In this document: in pieces, positions 1 to 11,289 of the stretch | Layout: each line of letters opens with the position of its first letter | How positions within the stretch are numbered: position 1 is the first letter of the stretch | Source: Ginglymostoma cirratum | Lineage: Eukaryota | Direction of reading: 5' to 3' | NCBI GenBank assembly: GCA_024137785.1 | Contig: JAHRHZ010000035.1 | Location: 27,529,787-27,593,786 of the forward strand | Length of the DNA: 64,000 nt | Translations under genes and position numbers: made by a program | Notes under the pieces: generated by a model | The model's input: the letters and a program-made list of their open reading frames with translations, nothing else | The model's database searches: none | Told to the model about the DNA's origin: nothing

Positions 1-140
1 CCCCTCCCCCATTTCTGATGAAGGGTTTAGGCCCGAAACGTCAAGTTTTCCTGCTCCTATGATGCTGCTTGACCTGCTGTGTTCATCCAGCCCCATGCTT
101 GTTATCTCGGATTCTCCAGCATCTGCAGTACCTTTTATCT
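1..140 (+). mobile_element. Penelope-like element terminal repeat (pLTR) fragment
   Basis: Same sequence as the reverse complement of the pLTR ends at about 45093-45210 and 51614-51760. Confidence 0.8.
15..42 (+). ncRNA. Minimal hammerhead ribozyme motif in a Penelope pLTR
   Basis: CTGATGA-A-GGG(TTTAGG)CCC-GAAA-C-GTC. This has both conserved core boxes, stem II, a palindromic ACGT mini stem III and a GUC cleavage triplet. Confidence 0.7.
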
Positions 141-419
141 CTGGCAGAAAACTCTGCCTATTCTTATTGGCAGTATTCCTGTCACATTGCAGCTAAAGTT
201 AGCTAAGATCTGACGAATATCCAACTGGCCACATCCTTCTGCCCAGATCTGGTGCAAGTAATTGCAATTGGTTAGGCAATTTCCTATGAAAGTTTTTGGT
301 GTAGGATACAATGCATTTTGATGGGTGCGAAAATAACTGACCTGATCATTGTTGCTTCCAAAGTGCTGGAGGACAGTCATGTAGTATTGAAGACAATTTT
401 GGGTTCTTGCTATATATTA

Positions 420-760
420 ATTCACAGAATAGTAGAAGGAGGCCATTCGGCCCATAGTTCCTGCACTAGCTTGTTAAACAAACATCATTATCTGGTGCTA
501 ATTTCCTGTGTTCCCCCCCGCCATATCCTTGCGCATTATTTTTAACCAAATGATTATCCAATTCCCTGATGAATGTCTCAGTTGAACTTGCCTTTGCCAC
601 AATTCCAGGAGGTGCATTCCAAACACTCACCACTCGCTCAGTGAAAACATTTTCCTCTCGTCACCCTTGCTTCTTTTACTGATCACTTCAAATCTACGCT
701 CTCTTATTCTTGTTCCTTTTACAAGTGGGAACAGATTCTTCTGATCTACTTTATCTATAG
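420..760 (-). mobile_element. CR1 LINE 3' fragment
   Basis: Reverse complement of the CR1 3' end (...TTTTCACTGAGCGAGTGGTGAGTGTTTGGAATGCACCTCCTGGA...GGGCCGAATGGCCTCCTTCT...), as also seen at 63190-63420. Confidence 0.75.
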
Positions 761-769
761 GTTCTAATT

Positions 770-2230
770 GATATGGGCTATATCTCTAAACAACGTGTGA
801 GGAGTTAATGTGGACGTACTGCCCATACCAGTGCAATTTGTAGCATTCAGTTTGGTTGATTTGCTCATACATTGTGCAACATTTTAATCAATTATTACAG
901 TTTGCGCCACATAAAGCATTGCTGAACATGCTTTCTGCAGCAGTATGCATGATTATAATATTTATGTTTTCATACATGCCCCAAAACTCATCATTTGTAA
1001 ATTCCCCTCTATTATCTATTAAGAATTTTGTTAGTGATATAATGTCTATACTGACCAATTCTTTTGAGACTTTGTTCACTACAGTTCACTGGTCAATATT
1101 GATTTTCACCACGGGTATGCTAAACCAGTTCACTATGTCTACAAAATGTGATTGAAAAATATTCCAATTGTTGTCCCATATCTTCACATCCATGGCTACT
1201 ACTTCATTAAATTCCTGGGTCAAAAGAATGCTTATAACTGGTTAGAGTGGTCTCTTTTGATATTTAATATATATACCACATTCTGATGTAATCTGTCCTA
1301 CAAAGGATTTGTATTTTTTATCCATAACTCTGTCACCCTTTAACAGTGGCTTTAATTTTCATGAGGAGGGATGAGCAAATTGCTTATACAATTTCCATAT
1401 CATCCTCTCCTTATCAGTCTCCTATCTGCAGAGACCAAAAGCACTTCTTGGATCTCTTGATGAGAAACTTCCCAGTCCTCGATGGAATACAATAATGTTC
1501 AGATCCTGAGGATTATAAATATACCATTTTACCAAATATAATTACTTTATATTCTCCATACACAAACACATTTTTGCTTTCTTCATTGATTAGTTACTCA
1601 TCAAATATGGTATTTCAATCCAGATAACATCAATGCCTATGAAATGATGCAGTCCTGCAAGTTCACAGGGAGAACCATTCTCTTTAAGGATGCTGATGAA
1701 TTACTGTGCCTGAATTGAAAGCAGCTAAGTGCTTTCACATTCTTTGACTCCATTTGTCTTTACTTTGTCCAGACTTTTCAAATAACAATTCAGCCAACTG
1801 ATAGTATACACTGTTGAGGTGCAGTCACTATCTGATACAGCAACTAAAGAACTCATGGGCAGACTTTAGCATAATCTTTTTGGCTGTTCATCCTTATCAT
1901 ATTCACCCTTCCAGCCACCGACTTCACGAGCTATTTCAAAGACTCGAGTCCTTATTCTTGGACAATTCCTAAAACAGTGATATTTAGAATGACATTGGAA
2001 TTAATTAATTCCCATTAAATTACTTATTGATCTAAGTATTCCCTGGGATTTCTGGGATTCAATCATTGTTAACATTATTCAATCCTAACATTTTCCATTG
2101 ATTCAGAATTCTACCAAAGGTAAGATGCCCACTCCTTCAAAACATCTGTCAGCAATTCCTTCATTATTCAGGTACTTGTGATTATTACTCCTTTATCATT
2201 ATCATTTATCATAGAATCTTCCATTCTCCA
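770..2230 (-). mobile_element. Decayed Ty1/copia (GalEa-like) gag-protease-integrase fragment
   Basis: Minus-strand remnants appear in copia order: Zn knuckle QCHSKYHCFRNCP (~1960-2000), protease AVSDSDCTSTV (~1805-1845), pre-integrase KLYKQFAHPSS (~1360-1395), and integrase VAMDVKIWD and DNRGEF...TAAES.FSNALC (ORF 888..1079). Confidence 0.8.
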
Positions 2231-2454
2231 TATCACCACATCCTGGGAAGTTAGCTGGGAAGGTTGTCTCTCACCATCAAACCACCAAACCATGCATCAA
2301 ATTATAAACACAGCTCACTATGGGCATGTAACAATAACCAAAATCCAAAAAAGAGGAGGAAACAAGGGAGCCCACTAAATCAAAATGGACTTGGAGGGAG
2401 AGATTAGGCACACCACTCCCTGCAGATGAACCCATCTCTTTTTCAAAAATACTT

Positions 2455-2556
2455 TGCAATTAACCTGTCCAGCCATGTGACACCTATGGTGCAGGTGGGT
2501 CTTGAACCCAGGCCTCCTGCCTCAGAGGCAGGGACTACCACTGCACCATAAGACCC
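2455..2556 (-). mobile_element. Short tRNA-derived SINE
   Basis: Reverse complement reads GGGTCTTATGGTGCAGTGGTAGT...GGGTTCAAGACCC (A and B boxes). Same family as 22384-22490. Confidence 0.7.
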
Positions 2557-3014
2557 TCTCTGAACCCAGCTCTCTTTTTTAATGTTCAGAAGTGCTACAC
2601 ACACAACTGAATGGCTTTTCTCCAACCACTAAATTACCCATAGTAGTTTTCACCCATTATCTACCACCAGTAAATCGCCGATGTTCTCCAGTTGAAAAGT
2701 TTACATGCAAATTTTATTAAGGGCAATGCAGACCATCAAGGTGAGGGAGAGGTAGGGAGAAGGGGACAGGGATGAATCAAAGTGGAGTTGGAAGGGGAGT
2801 TAAAACACTCTACTCCCTGTGGTGCCCTCTAAAGGCCCTGAGAGTATTGGTTGACACCATGTGGTCCCTCTATAAGGACACCTGGCATGAATGTAGCTGT
2901 GGAAGAGGGGCAGACAATTTGGCAGCTATGACCTTCTTCACAGCCCACTGCAAACCCAGATTTTCTTTTCCTTAGTAAACCCAAATCTTGAATGCAAAGT
3001 CCATTGAGCATTAC

Positions 3015-4896
3015 AAACAAAAACAGAAATTGCTGGAAAAAGCCAGCAGGTCTGGCAGCATCTGTGGAGAGAAATCAGAGTTAACTTTTGGGTCCAGTGA
3101 CCCTTCTTCAGAATTGACAGTAGCTGGGAACAGCTTGGTATTTGTGCAGAATGTGGGGTGGTGGTTGTTATTGGGCAGGGGGGTGCTAAATCATAGGTGA
3201 AGATAGAATCCAAAGGAAGAGAAAAACAGTTGGACAGACAAAGGACTGGGTACAAGTCAGCCTGGGAGAATGAATAGCTGCTAATGGGGACTATTAGTAG
3301 CTGACAATGGGCTGCGAGTGGTAGCAACCCATGAAATGACAAGGCCTGATGTATGGGGAGTGGGGTAAGGGTATGGGAGAAGGTGCCTGAAACTTTTGAT
3401 ATTGAGTCCAGAAGGCTGCAGAGTTCTCAAGGGGAAATGTGGGGTAAGGTATTGTGAGGCTGGGGGTGGTGGAGAGGGAGGTGTTAGGAGTGAACGAGGA
3501 GTGGACCAGAGTGTCCCAGAGGGAATGGTCCCTGACAGGAGAGGGGAGCGAAATATGTTTCTGGTGGTGACATCCTGCTGAAGGTGGCGCAAATGGCTGC
3601 TCATGATCCTCTGGATATGGATGCAGATGGGATGGTAGGTGATGGTAAGGGGAACCCTATCACTGTTGCGACAGGAAAGATAGGAGGTAAGGGCCAAAGA
3701 GCAGGAGATTGGTCGGATCCAGCTGAGGGACCTGCCACCTAAAGTGCTGGGGAATTCCTCGTTGATGAAGGAGATGAATGTTTCAGAGGTCCCCTTGCTG
3801 AAGCTGTCATCGTCAGAACAGATGCGATGGAGATGGAGGAAGCAGGTGAATGGCATATAGTCTTTACAACAAGCAGGGAGTGAGGATGTATAGTCAAGGT
3901 AACTGTGGGAGTTGGTGAGTTTGTAACGGATATTGGTGGCCAGCCGCCTATCCCTAGAATTGGAGACAGAGATGTCGAGGAAGGGAAGGGAGGAGTCAGA
4001 GAAGGACCAGGTGAAAGTGAGAGTGGGGTGGAAATTGGAAGCGAAATAGACAAATGTTTCAAATTCTGGATGAGAGGGGGAAGCAGCACTGAAGTCACTG
4101 ATGTACCAGAGAAGGTGTGTGTGGGAGCCAGAGTAGGACTGGAACAAAGAATGTTTCATGTGCCCCACAAAGAGACAGGCAGAACTAGGGCCCATGGCCT
4201 ATGTGGGTACCCATGGCCACACTTTCAATCTGAAGAAAGTCAGAGGAGTTAAAACAGAAGTTGTTCAGGGGGAAGGGCTCAGCCAGGTGGAGGAGTCGGA
4301 GGACAGCTCATGCCTTTTTTTCCAGGAAGAAGCAGACAGCCCTGACACCATCCTAATGGGGGATGAACATGGAAAGAGATTGCATGTCCATGGTGAAAAG
4401 GAGATGGCTGGAGTCTGTGAACTGGAAATTCTGAAACTGAGGTAAAGTGTCAGAAGAATCGCAGATGTAAGTGGGAAGGGACTGGACAAAGGGAGAAAAA
4501 AGGAGAAAAAAAATGCCCCACCCTATCTTCTGCATAATTACCAACCTTTTCCTAGTTACCGACAGTTCTGAAGAAAGGTCACTGGACCCGAATCCAAAGA
4601 TGTGCAGGTTAGGTGGATTGGCCATGCCCATAGTGTCCAGGGATGTGCTGGCAAGGTGGGTTAGCCTGGGAAATGCAGGGTTACAGGGATACAGTAGGGG
4701 GGTGGGTCTGGGTGGGATACTCTTTGGAGGGTGAGTGTGGACTCGATAGGCCAAAATAGCCTGCTTCCACACCATAAGAATTTTAAAAAAGTTAATTCTG
4801 CTTTCTCTCCAGAGATGCTGCCAGACCTGCTGAATTTTTCCAGCAATTTCTGCTATTGTTTTTGATTTGCAGCATCCGCGTTTCTTTAAGGTTTTT
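3015..4896 (-). mobile_element. Penelope-like retroelement: truncated RT remnant with inverted pLTRs and a 16-bp TSD
   Basis: ORF 3281..4195 has PLE RT motifs (MGPS.ACLFVG, FHPTLTFT, LPFLDISV, Y.DYTSS, RICSD). The pLTR at 3015-3120 is inverted at about 4540-4890. TSD is GTCCA(T/A)TGAGCATTAC at 2999-3014 and 4897-4912. Confidence 0.88.
4593..4775 (+). mobile_element. 5'-truncated HE1-type shark SINE inserted in a Penelope pLTR
   Basis: TCCAAAGATGTGCAGGTTAGGTGGATTGGCCATG... matches the 3' half of the SINE at 52436-52790. Confidence 0.85.
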
Positions 4897-6599
4897 GTCC
4901 AATGAGCATTACCTGTTCTCAATTAACTCTGGAGCTGATCTAGTTTGCCCGTGAAGGGACCTTCATTTCTAACACTGATAAAGCTTCATGTCACATAAAT
5001 CTCTTAAATAGGGCAAGGGTCTCAGCAAAATAAAAAGTTATTGGAAAAATAATACCAGCCTTTTCAATACAGTTTAAGCCTTTATTCAGGTGATAGTTCT
5101 ATCTCACTTTTATCAGCTGCCAAGACACTTGCTCACTTAACAACTTGATTTTGCTTTGTGGCATACTTAGAGCTTCACTGAATACGTGCAATCAGTGATG
5201 AAACAGTCACATTCATTCTTTATCAACTGTCCTTTCAATAACAATCTCAATCTCTCGATTTATTTTCCAGCAGCAGGACATCATATTATTGTGCTCCATA
5301 CATGAGCACTGTGCTCATTTCATAAAGACGATTGATATGTTATCAATTTATTATCCTTGAGTCAACAGGAATAGTTACAAATAAAGATTGTCAATGGTCT
5401 CTCTAAATTGGGGAGATTTTAGAGACCAAGCAGATCTTCTTATAGGTCAAAGTTCTTGGAGGAGTGCAATTTGAGATTAAAACAATTTCTCATGAACAGC
5501 CATCTTCTTCCTTCTTTTGCAACCAAAAATTCATTTCTAGAATAAGTGGCCAAAACATACATCTGCTACCTGTGTCAATACGTACTGAAAAACCAAATGC
5601 AGGTATACCCTATTAATGCATGGAATGCATCCAGACCCTATTGGAGTATATCTATGGTAGGAAACAGAAAGAAGTCCAGTCTGTTAAGGACCACTTAGTG
5701 TTTCAGTAAATTTGATGAAAATTTAATTGTATAGAGTGACCCTCACTATACTTTTTTGGTGAAGCCAATTAAAACATGAGACAGACCTTTAAAGGGCTGT
5801 GTATCTTTAAAAACGAATTTATTATTCATCCAGAAACCTGCTGCACAATAACCAAGTTACTTCTAACTGGTTCGGGTTGAGAAATAAATAAAGTTACAGA
5901 TTTCCAGAAGTGTTAATCATAGAGGAGACAAAGCAAAGATAAAGAAATAAAGACTTGAATGTTTTTATTGTTTTCATTTTTCTTTTTATTTAATCCCCAT
6001 ATTATTGCTGCATGTGTCTAACTGCAGGGACTCGGTGAAGACACCATTGTGCAAATAATTTTATTCAATACTTCCACCACCAAGAAAAACACCCCTGTGG
6101 CCAGGGAACCAGTAACAAGCAAAGCCTGATAAGGGCAATCCTGATGCAAATGAAAAAAGAACAAAAAGTGAAGGCGAGGGTAGGGATTAAATCAAGATAG
6201 GAAACTTAAATTTATATGGCACTTTTCAAAAATGCACAACATTCCAAGACGCTTTTACACCAATTATGTGCTTTTTTTTTCTGAAGTGTAAATACTATTG
6301 TAATTTAGGAAACAGCTGGAATTGGTTCCAAAAAGAAGTTGACTAAGAAGGCAAGTAAGAGACACCAAGGAATTAAATATTAATAATAAACAATGTCAAA
6401 ATACATAATAATCAGGAGCACATTAGAACAAACTAGACAGTAGGGGCAATACACACATTAACGATCCTATATATCATTATGCTCATGTCAAAATTGGGAC
6501 TTGGAATGAACCATTGTACCCCTGTATGTTCCTTTACAATATGTATAATCAAACTAATAAAAAGCCAACCAATTTACATAGAAAAACTGTTCAATGTCT

Positions 6600-7055
6600 G
6601 AACTGGAGTAATGTATACCATCCTGGAAATTGCATTTTGTGAAGGATATGGAAGCTACAAGTTTTATGACAGTGCATCCAGGCATAAAGAACTTCAGTTA
6701 CATGGGTAGGTTAGAAAAACTGGGGTTCAGGGGGCCAGACAGGATAGACAGAGAGAAACAGTACTCATGGCAGAAAGGTGGAAAACGAACGGACCCTGGT
6801 AAAAGGGGAAGGGCAAATGAACCAGTGATGAGGATTTTTTTATGTGTGTTGCGTGATTAGGATCTAGAATACGTGCCTGAGAATCTACTAGAGACGGGTT
6901 CAATCATGTTTTTTGAAACTGAACAAGCATCTAAAGAGGAAAAAAATGCAAGTGAATGGAAACAGCTCAGGGGAGCGGGACAGGCTTTGCTGTTGCTGAG
7001 AATGGGCATGGACTTGGTCAAATGATAGTTCAAATGACCTTCTGTGCTGCAAATA
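6600..7055 (+). mobile_element. Old CR1 LINE 3' fragment
   Basis: Degenerate ORF2 C-terminus (FSYMGRLEKLG) followed by a 3' end ...AAATGACCTTCTGTGCTG. Confidence 0.65.
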
Positions 7056-7505
7056 TTCAATAACTAGCATATTTAAAAGATATATTACTTAAATATTGTA
7101 AAAATTACTATGAACTGTTGATATTTTCTACATTGGGAAAATGATATTTTTCACTACTCAAAATTTTGCCAGTGATCACAAAGATCAAATTAAACATTTT
7201 AACATTGTTAGCATTTGTCATTGCTAAAAATTAAAATCAATTGTTACACCCTCTATAGGAAAAAGTTATTTACGAGCATGTTCCCAACAAGTTTGTGAAC
7301 GCCCATTTAACATGGACAGGGTCTGAGGTTACTTACTTGTTCTCCCAAATACAACTAATTGTGACTCAAGGTTTAGGCACAATTTATAGACTAAGGTCTG
7401 GAATTCAGTTTCCATGGGGTGGGGAGAGCTGCAGATGTAAATCTGTTTTATCACACCATGGTATATCGACCATATTATCACATCAATCCAATGTCGGTAT
7501 TTTCT

Positions 7506-7790
7506 AATCAGCCTGTTCAGAGATGTTACTAAGTTAGAAGTCGCACGACACCAGGTCACACGTCCAACAGGTTAATTCGAAATCACAAGCTTTCGGTACA
7601 TCACTTGAAGAAGGAGCAGGCTTCTTCAATAAACCTGTTGGACTATAACCTGGTATCGTACGACCTCTGACTTTGTCCACCCTGGTCCAACACCGGCACC
7701 TCCACATCAGAGACGTCATAACACACCACTGGAGCAGGTGGGACTTGAAACCAGGCCTCCTGTCTCAGACTACCACTGCATAACAAGAGC
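7506..7790 (-). mobile_element. tRNA-derived SINE interrupted by a Penelope-type terminal fragment (~7530-7706)
   Basis: The two SINE halves match 22384-22490. The insert is flanked by the imperfect direct repeat TCAGAGATGTTA / TCAGAGACGTCA. Confidence 0.65.
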
Positions 7791-7869
7791 CCCAAGGCTG
7801 CGCCTGGTAAAAGGTGAATCTTTAAATAAAAGCAAAACAGAAAGAATGTTGGAAATTTCAAACGTAGAA

Positions 7870-9000
7870 AATGCCGGAGAAACTCATACCGGAATCGCAA
7901 CATTAACCGTTTCTCTCTCCAGAGGCACTACCAGACCTGCTGAGTTTCTCTAACATTTTTGTGTTTATGTCCGAAGCAGACAGAAACTATATATTGACTC
8001 AGGAAAGAGCGTTCTAGAGATGCAGCTAAATAGTGGAGGAAGAAATTAGTCTAAACAGAGGGTCAGATAACGGGAAACGAGTCACTGAAATATAAACTAC
8101 GTATCGAAGAGAGATGTGAGACAGAAAACCGGCCCATTGCCACAGCAGGTACTTGTGAGATTAATGTACACTGCCTTCCACAGTTGTCACAATTCTCAAC
8201 CCGTGTGTGAGGCGTCATTGAAAAATGACATGGAATGAACTGACGGAACATTAACCGAGGCAATTACAGCTGTTTTGCAAAGAAGTGGGAACATCCCGGT
8301 TTGAGTTAAAAATAACATACGCTGGAATAGTTCCGCGATTAACGGTTGACCTTAACGTTCGACATTACAAAACATTTGTAACTCAAAAAGCAGTGTACAT
8401 ACAGTTAGGAGATGCTATAGATAGATTATATTGATGAATGGTAGGGCGAAATAAAAACAATTTGCAATGGGTTGAGTTTTCAATATTTGTTTTACAAAGT
8501 ATATGCGAAACCGATTACTTACGAAATAGACGTGCTTGCTTTCCAAACTTTCTGTCGCTAGAAGTAGCTTTTTGCTTTCTTAGAACTGCATCTAATCTGT
8601 GAAAACCATGAGAGTGAAACTCAACTGTATTTTATTCAAAAGAATGTCAGCGACAGTTTGTGGAATTCCCCTACATCACATGTCTCCACCGCAACTGCAA
8701 AAGTCGTCACTGGCTTCTGAACAGCAGAAATGTATTTACCTGCCAACTGCGGAGCTGTGGGAAAAGCGGTGAAATAACTCATTGTATATCACTCAAACTG
8801 TTCATCACGCCATAACGATGCTAAAGGACACAATGGATACACACCTCTTGTTTGAACTGATCTACGGATATTCCACACACTGGGAGTTGCACCGGGTTCG
8901 TGTCCTTGCGTTTGGGGTTGCAGCCACTAACGCCCCAGGAGCCCGGTCAGTCAGAATCACTGTACCGCCATTCAAAGGGTCGGTCTGGCTGAAACTTCCT
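7870..9000 (-). promoter_or_regulatory. CpG-enriched candidate promoter / first exon of the next gene (possibly TRAF1), with NF-kB sites
   Basis: CpG is visibly more frequent here than in the rest of the window. Minus-strand kB-consensus sites are GGGGAATTCC (8662-8671) and GGGATGTTCC (8288-8297). A candidate donor GGCAG|gtaaat lies at ~8739. Gene identity is inferred only from C5-TRAF1 synteny in other vertebrates. Confidence 0.45.
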
Positions 9001-9701
9001 ATAGCAAACTGCAGGTGTAGCCCATAAGCATTTGGATCCTTGATTTCACTGTCTGATAGTTGCACTGTACACCTCAAAAGTGTTTTTACGTACAGAACAT
9101 CTTCCACTGGAGGAGTTCTCACGCTCAAAGAAGGGAAAAAAACTTTTAGCCAGCGATCTCCAAAACTTCCTCAGGAAGATTTAAGAGGGGAGAAATCAAC
9201 TGTTGTGTTTTCATGGGAGGTCACATCATCAAAAAGCTAGTTCATGCCGCATGCAAGGAAATTGTCCTGGAATTGAGGGCTAACATCCTCCTAATTGGAG
9301 CCAAGGGTCACTATATATCTAAAGATCTGACCAAAGCTGGTATCGCACTGATCCCTCTTCCTCTTTCTTGGGGCACCAGCACTTTATATTTCTATTTTCA
9401 AAGTTACAGTGTAACTGACCTTTAACATCTGGTTCAAGGTAATAAATCTTACAGTAATGGTAGCCATTCCCTTAACAGAAGTTATTTGCATGTATTATTT
9501 TAAAACCCTTTCCTCTACTTTATTAAGGTGATTGTTGCCAGACCCCTTTCATCAACTATTCAATGCCACCTAATTAACTGTCCTCAATGGCTCTGCGTCA
9601 CTTCACTCATGTTTGTATCTGGAGAAAATTGAGCACAAGGTCAAGGAACTTGAGGAATCGACATATCTCCCTTTGCTGTGGAGGGACTTTATTCTAGTTA
9701 T

Positions 9702-10871
9702 TGTTAAGGTCAGGGACACATTTGGAAGCAATTCTTGTTCCCCCTTACAATGGTTCTTGGACTTCAGGAGTTTATTAAAAAAAAAAAAAAAAAAATCGCA
9801 AAAACTCACCCACAAACTTGTTTATTAAGATAAACCTCCTAGTGCCATGATACAGAGCTCTAAGCTTGTCTAAATGATACTATATCGAGTGGTTTTTCCA
9901 ACTTAAACCCCGCCATAGCTTAACCGTGGCTCTCACATAAAACACAAAATCACTGTGATGTATTTGAAAAAAAAGCTTTGAAAAACCATAGGCAAATCTT
10001 TACATTTCTGTCCAAACCTTACTTAATTCAGACCCAAACCCCCTGAGTTTGGCTGTTACCCCTAGATTAACTTTTCAGGCCGTGTTCCTCAGATTTGGCT
10101 GAGAACTTATAATCCTCCATATGGTTGGTCCTTCTGGCGAGAACTATGGGGCCATGTGCCAGGTTGACTGTCCCTGAACCTTCTTTGTGTCTGTAGACCC
10201 CTCCAGACCAAGATCACTACGATTTGACTGGAACACTTACAGTCCCCAACATGAGTCATGCATTGACTGTAGGCCTGAATCAGACCGACTGATCCTAAAC
10301 CTTCTTCTGGGTGCAGTAAATTTGCTTCAATTTTGTCTCCTTTTATAGTGATTCATATCAAACATGTCACATCAAACATTTCCCATTGATCAGAATGTCC
10401 GAGAGTTCATCTTCCTGAGTGTATATCACAATCGGTCCAGCTGAGTATGTTCAATGTAGTCCTTTTCCCTGAAGACAACAGTCAGACAATATGGTCAGTT
10501 TATATAGGTTCTAAACATCTCTCCTGGTGATGGCATGGTAATAGAACCTAGCCCCCAAAATAGACAAAGATTTGAATTATCCACTTCCCTCCTCAAAGAG
10601 AGCTCACCACAGTAACAATAGTCAAATTCCAAGCATTATGTGACGTAATCAATCTCTTGATTGCATGAGGAAATGGCCAATAATGGCATTTCCCTGAATC
10701 ATTATCTGATGTTAGCAGTCAGATTATGTTGAATCTTTCATGCTGAGTTATAGTCTGAGTAGAATCCCTTTGTATTTGCACAGAGAGTTTTTATTTGCAG
10801 CACTCGCTGAGTTTTGAGGGTCTTTTTCATATTTTATTAAGTCTAGTTGGAGCGGTTTCTGATCCTTCACA
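9702..10871 (-). mobile_element. Probable solo LTR (~1.17 kb)
   Basis: TG...CA ends with inverted similarity (TGTTAAGG-TCAG vs reverse complement TGTGAAGGATCAG). Minus-strand TATA box CTATAAAAGG at 10339-10348 and AATAAA at 9821-9826 and 9771-9776. The TSD is only degenerate (ttat/ttgc). Confidence 0.5.
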
Positions 10872-11289
10872 TTGCCTATACAATGTTAATGGCTGCATAT
10901 CAACCTAGTTCATGTGGTATCCCTGTGAAGCAGCAAACATCCTTCTCTCTCTCCTTAACTCTAAGGGGTGATTCAGACCTATTTTCATCTTGAACCGTAC
11001 TTTTCTGCAGATCTGACAAAGCAACCTGAGGAGGTGGGAGAAACCATAGCCTGAAGAGGATGATGATCATAAGGAGGAGAGATAATGAGGGCAATGACAC
11101 ATGATAAAGTAGAGGGACAAGAATTGAATGCCATGCTTGTCCACGTGGACCAAAATGCTGACTAGTCCTTTGGTACGATTACCACTTCAATCTCACGTAA
11201 GAAACATTTATTCCCACTTTTGGGAATAGTAAATACTGATGACATAAGCCTTTGCGCCCCACTGTAATAACTAGGGTAGGACATCAGTA

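Noticed and set aside
3749-3758. Perfect kB site GGGGAATTCC
   Set aside because: It lies inside Penelope coding remnants with no supporting context.
3281-4195. Longest ORF (304 aa) as a host gene or an active reverse transcriptase
   Set aside because: It is a Penelope RT remnant with a degraded catalytic motif (YISD), and it drifts out of frame at the C-terminus.
1-8700. TRAF1 coding exons expected downstream of C5
   Set aside because: No TRAF-like peptide (RING/zinc finger, coiled coil or MATH) with splice sites was recognisable by eye, so no CDS is called.
8782-9425. Short overlapping ORFs of 66-88 aa near the CpG-enriched patch
   Set aside because: They show no recognisable domain, several start at non-ATG codons, and they are consistent with chance ORFs in GC-richer DNA.
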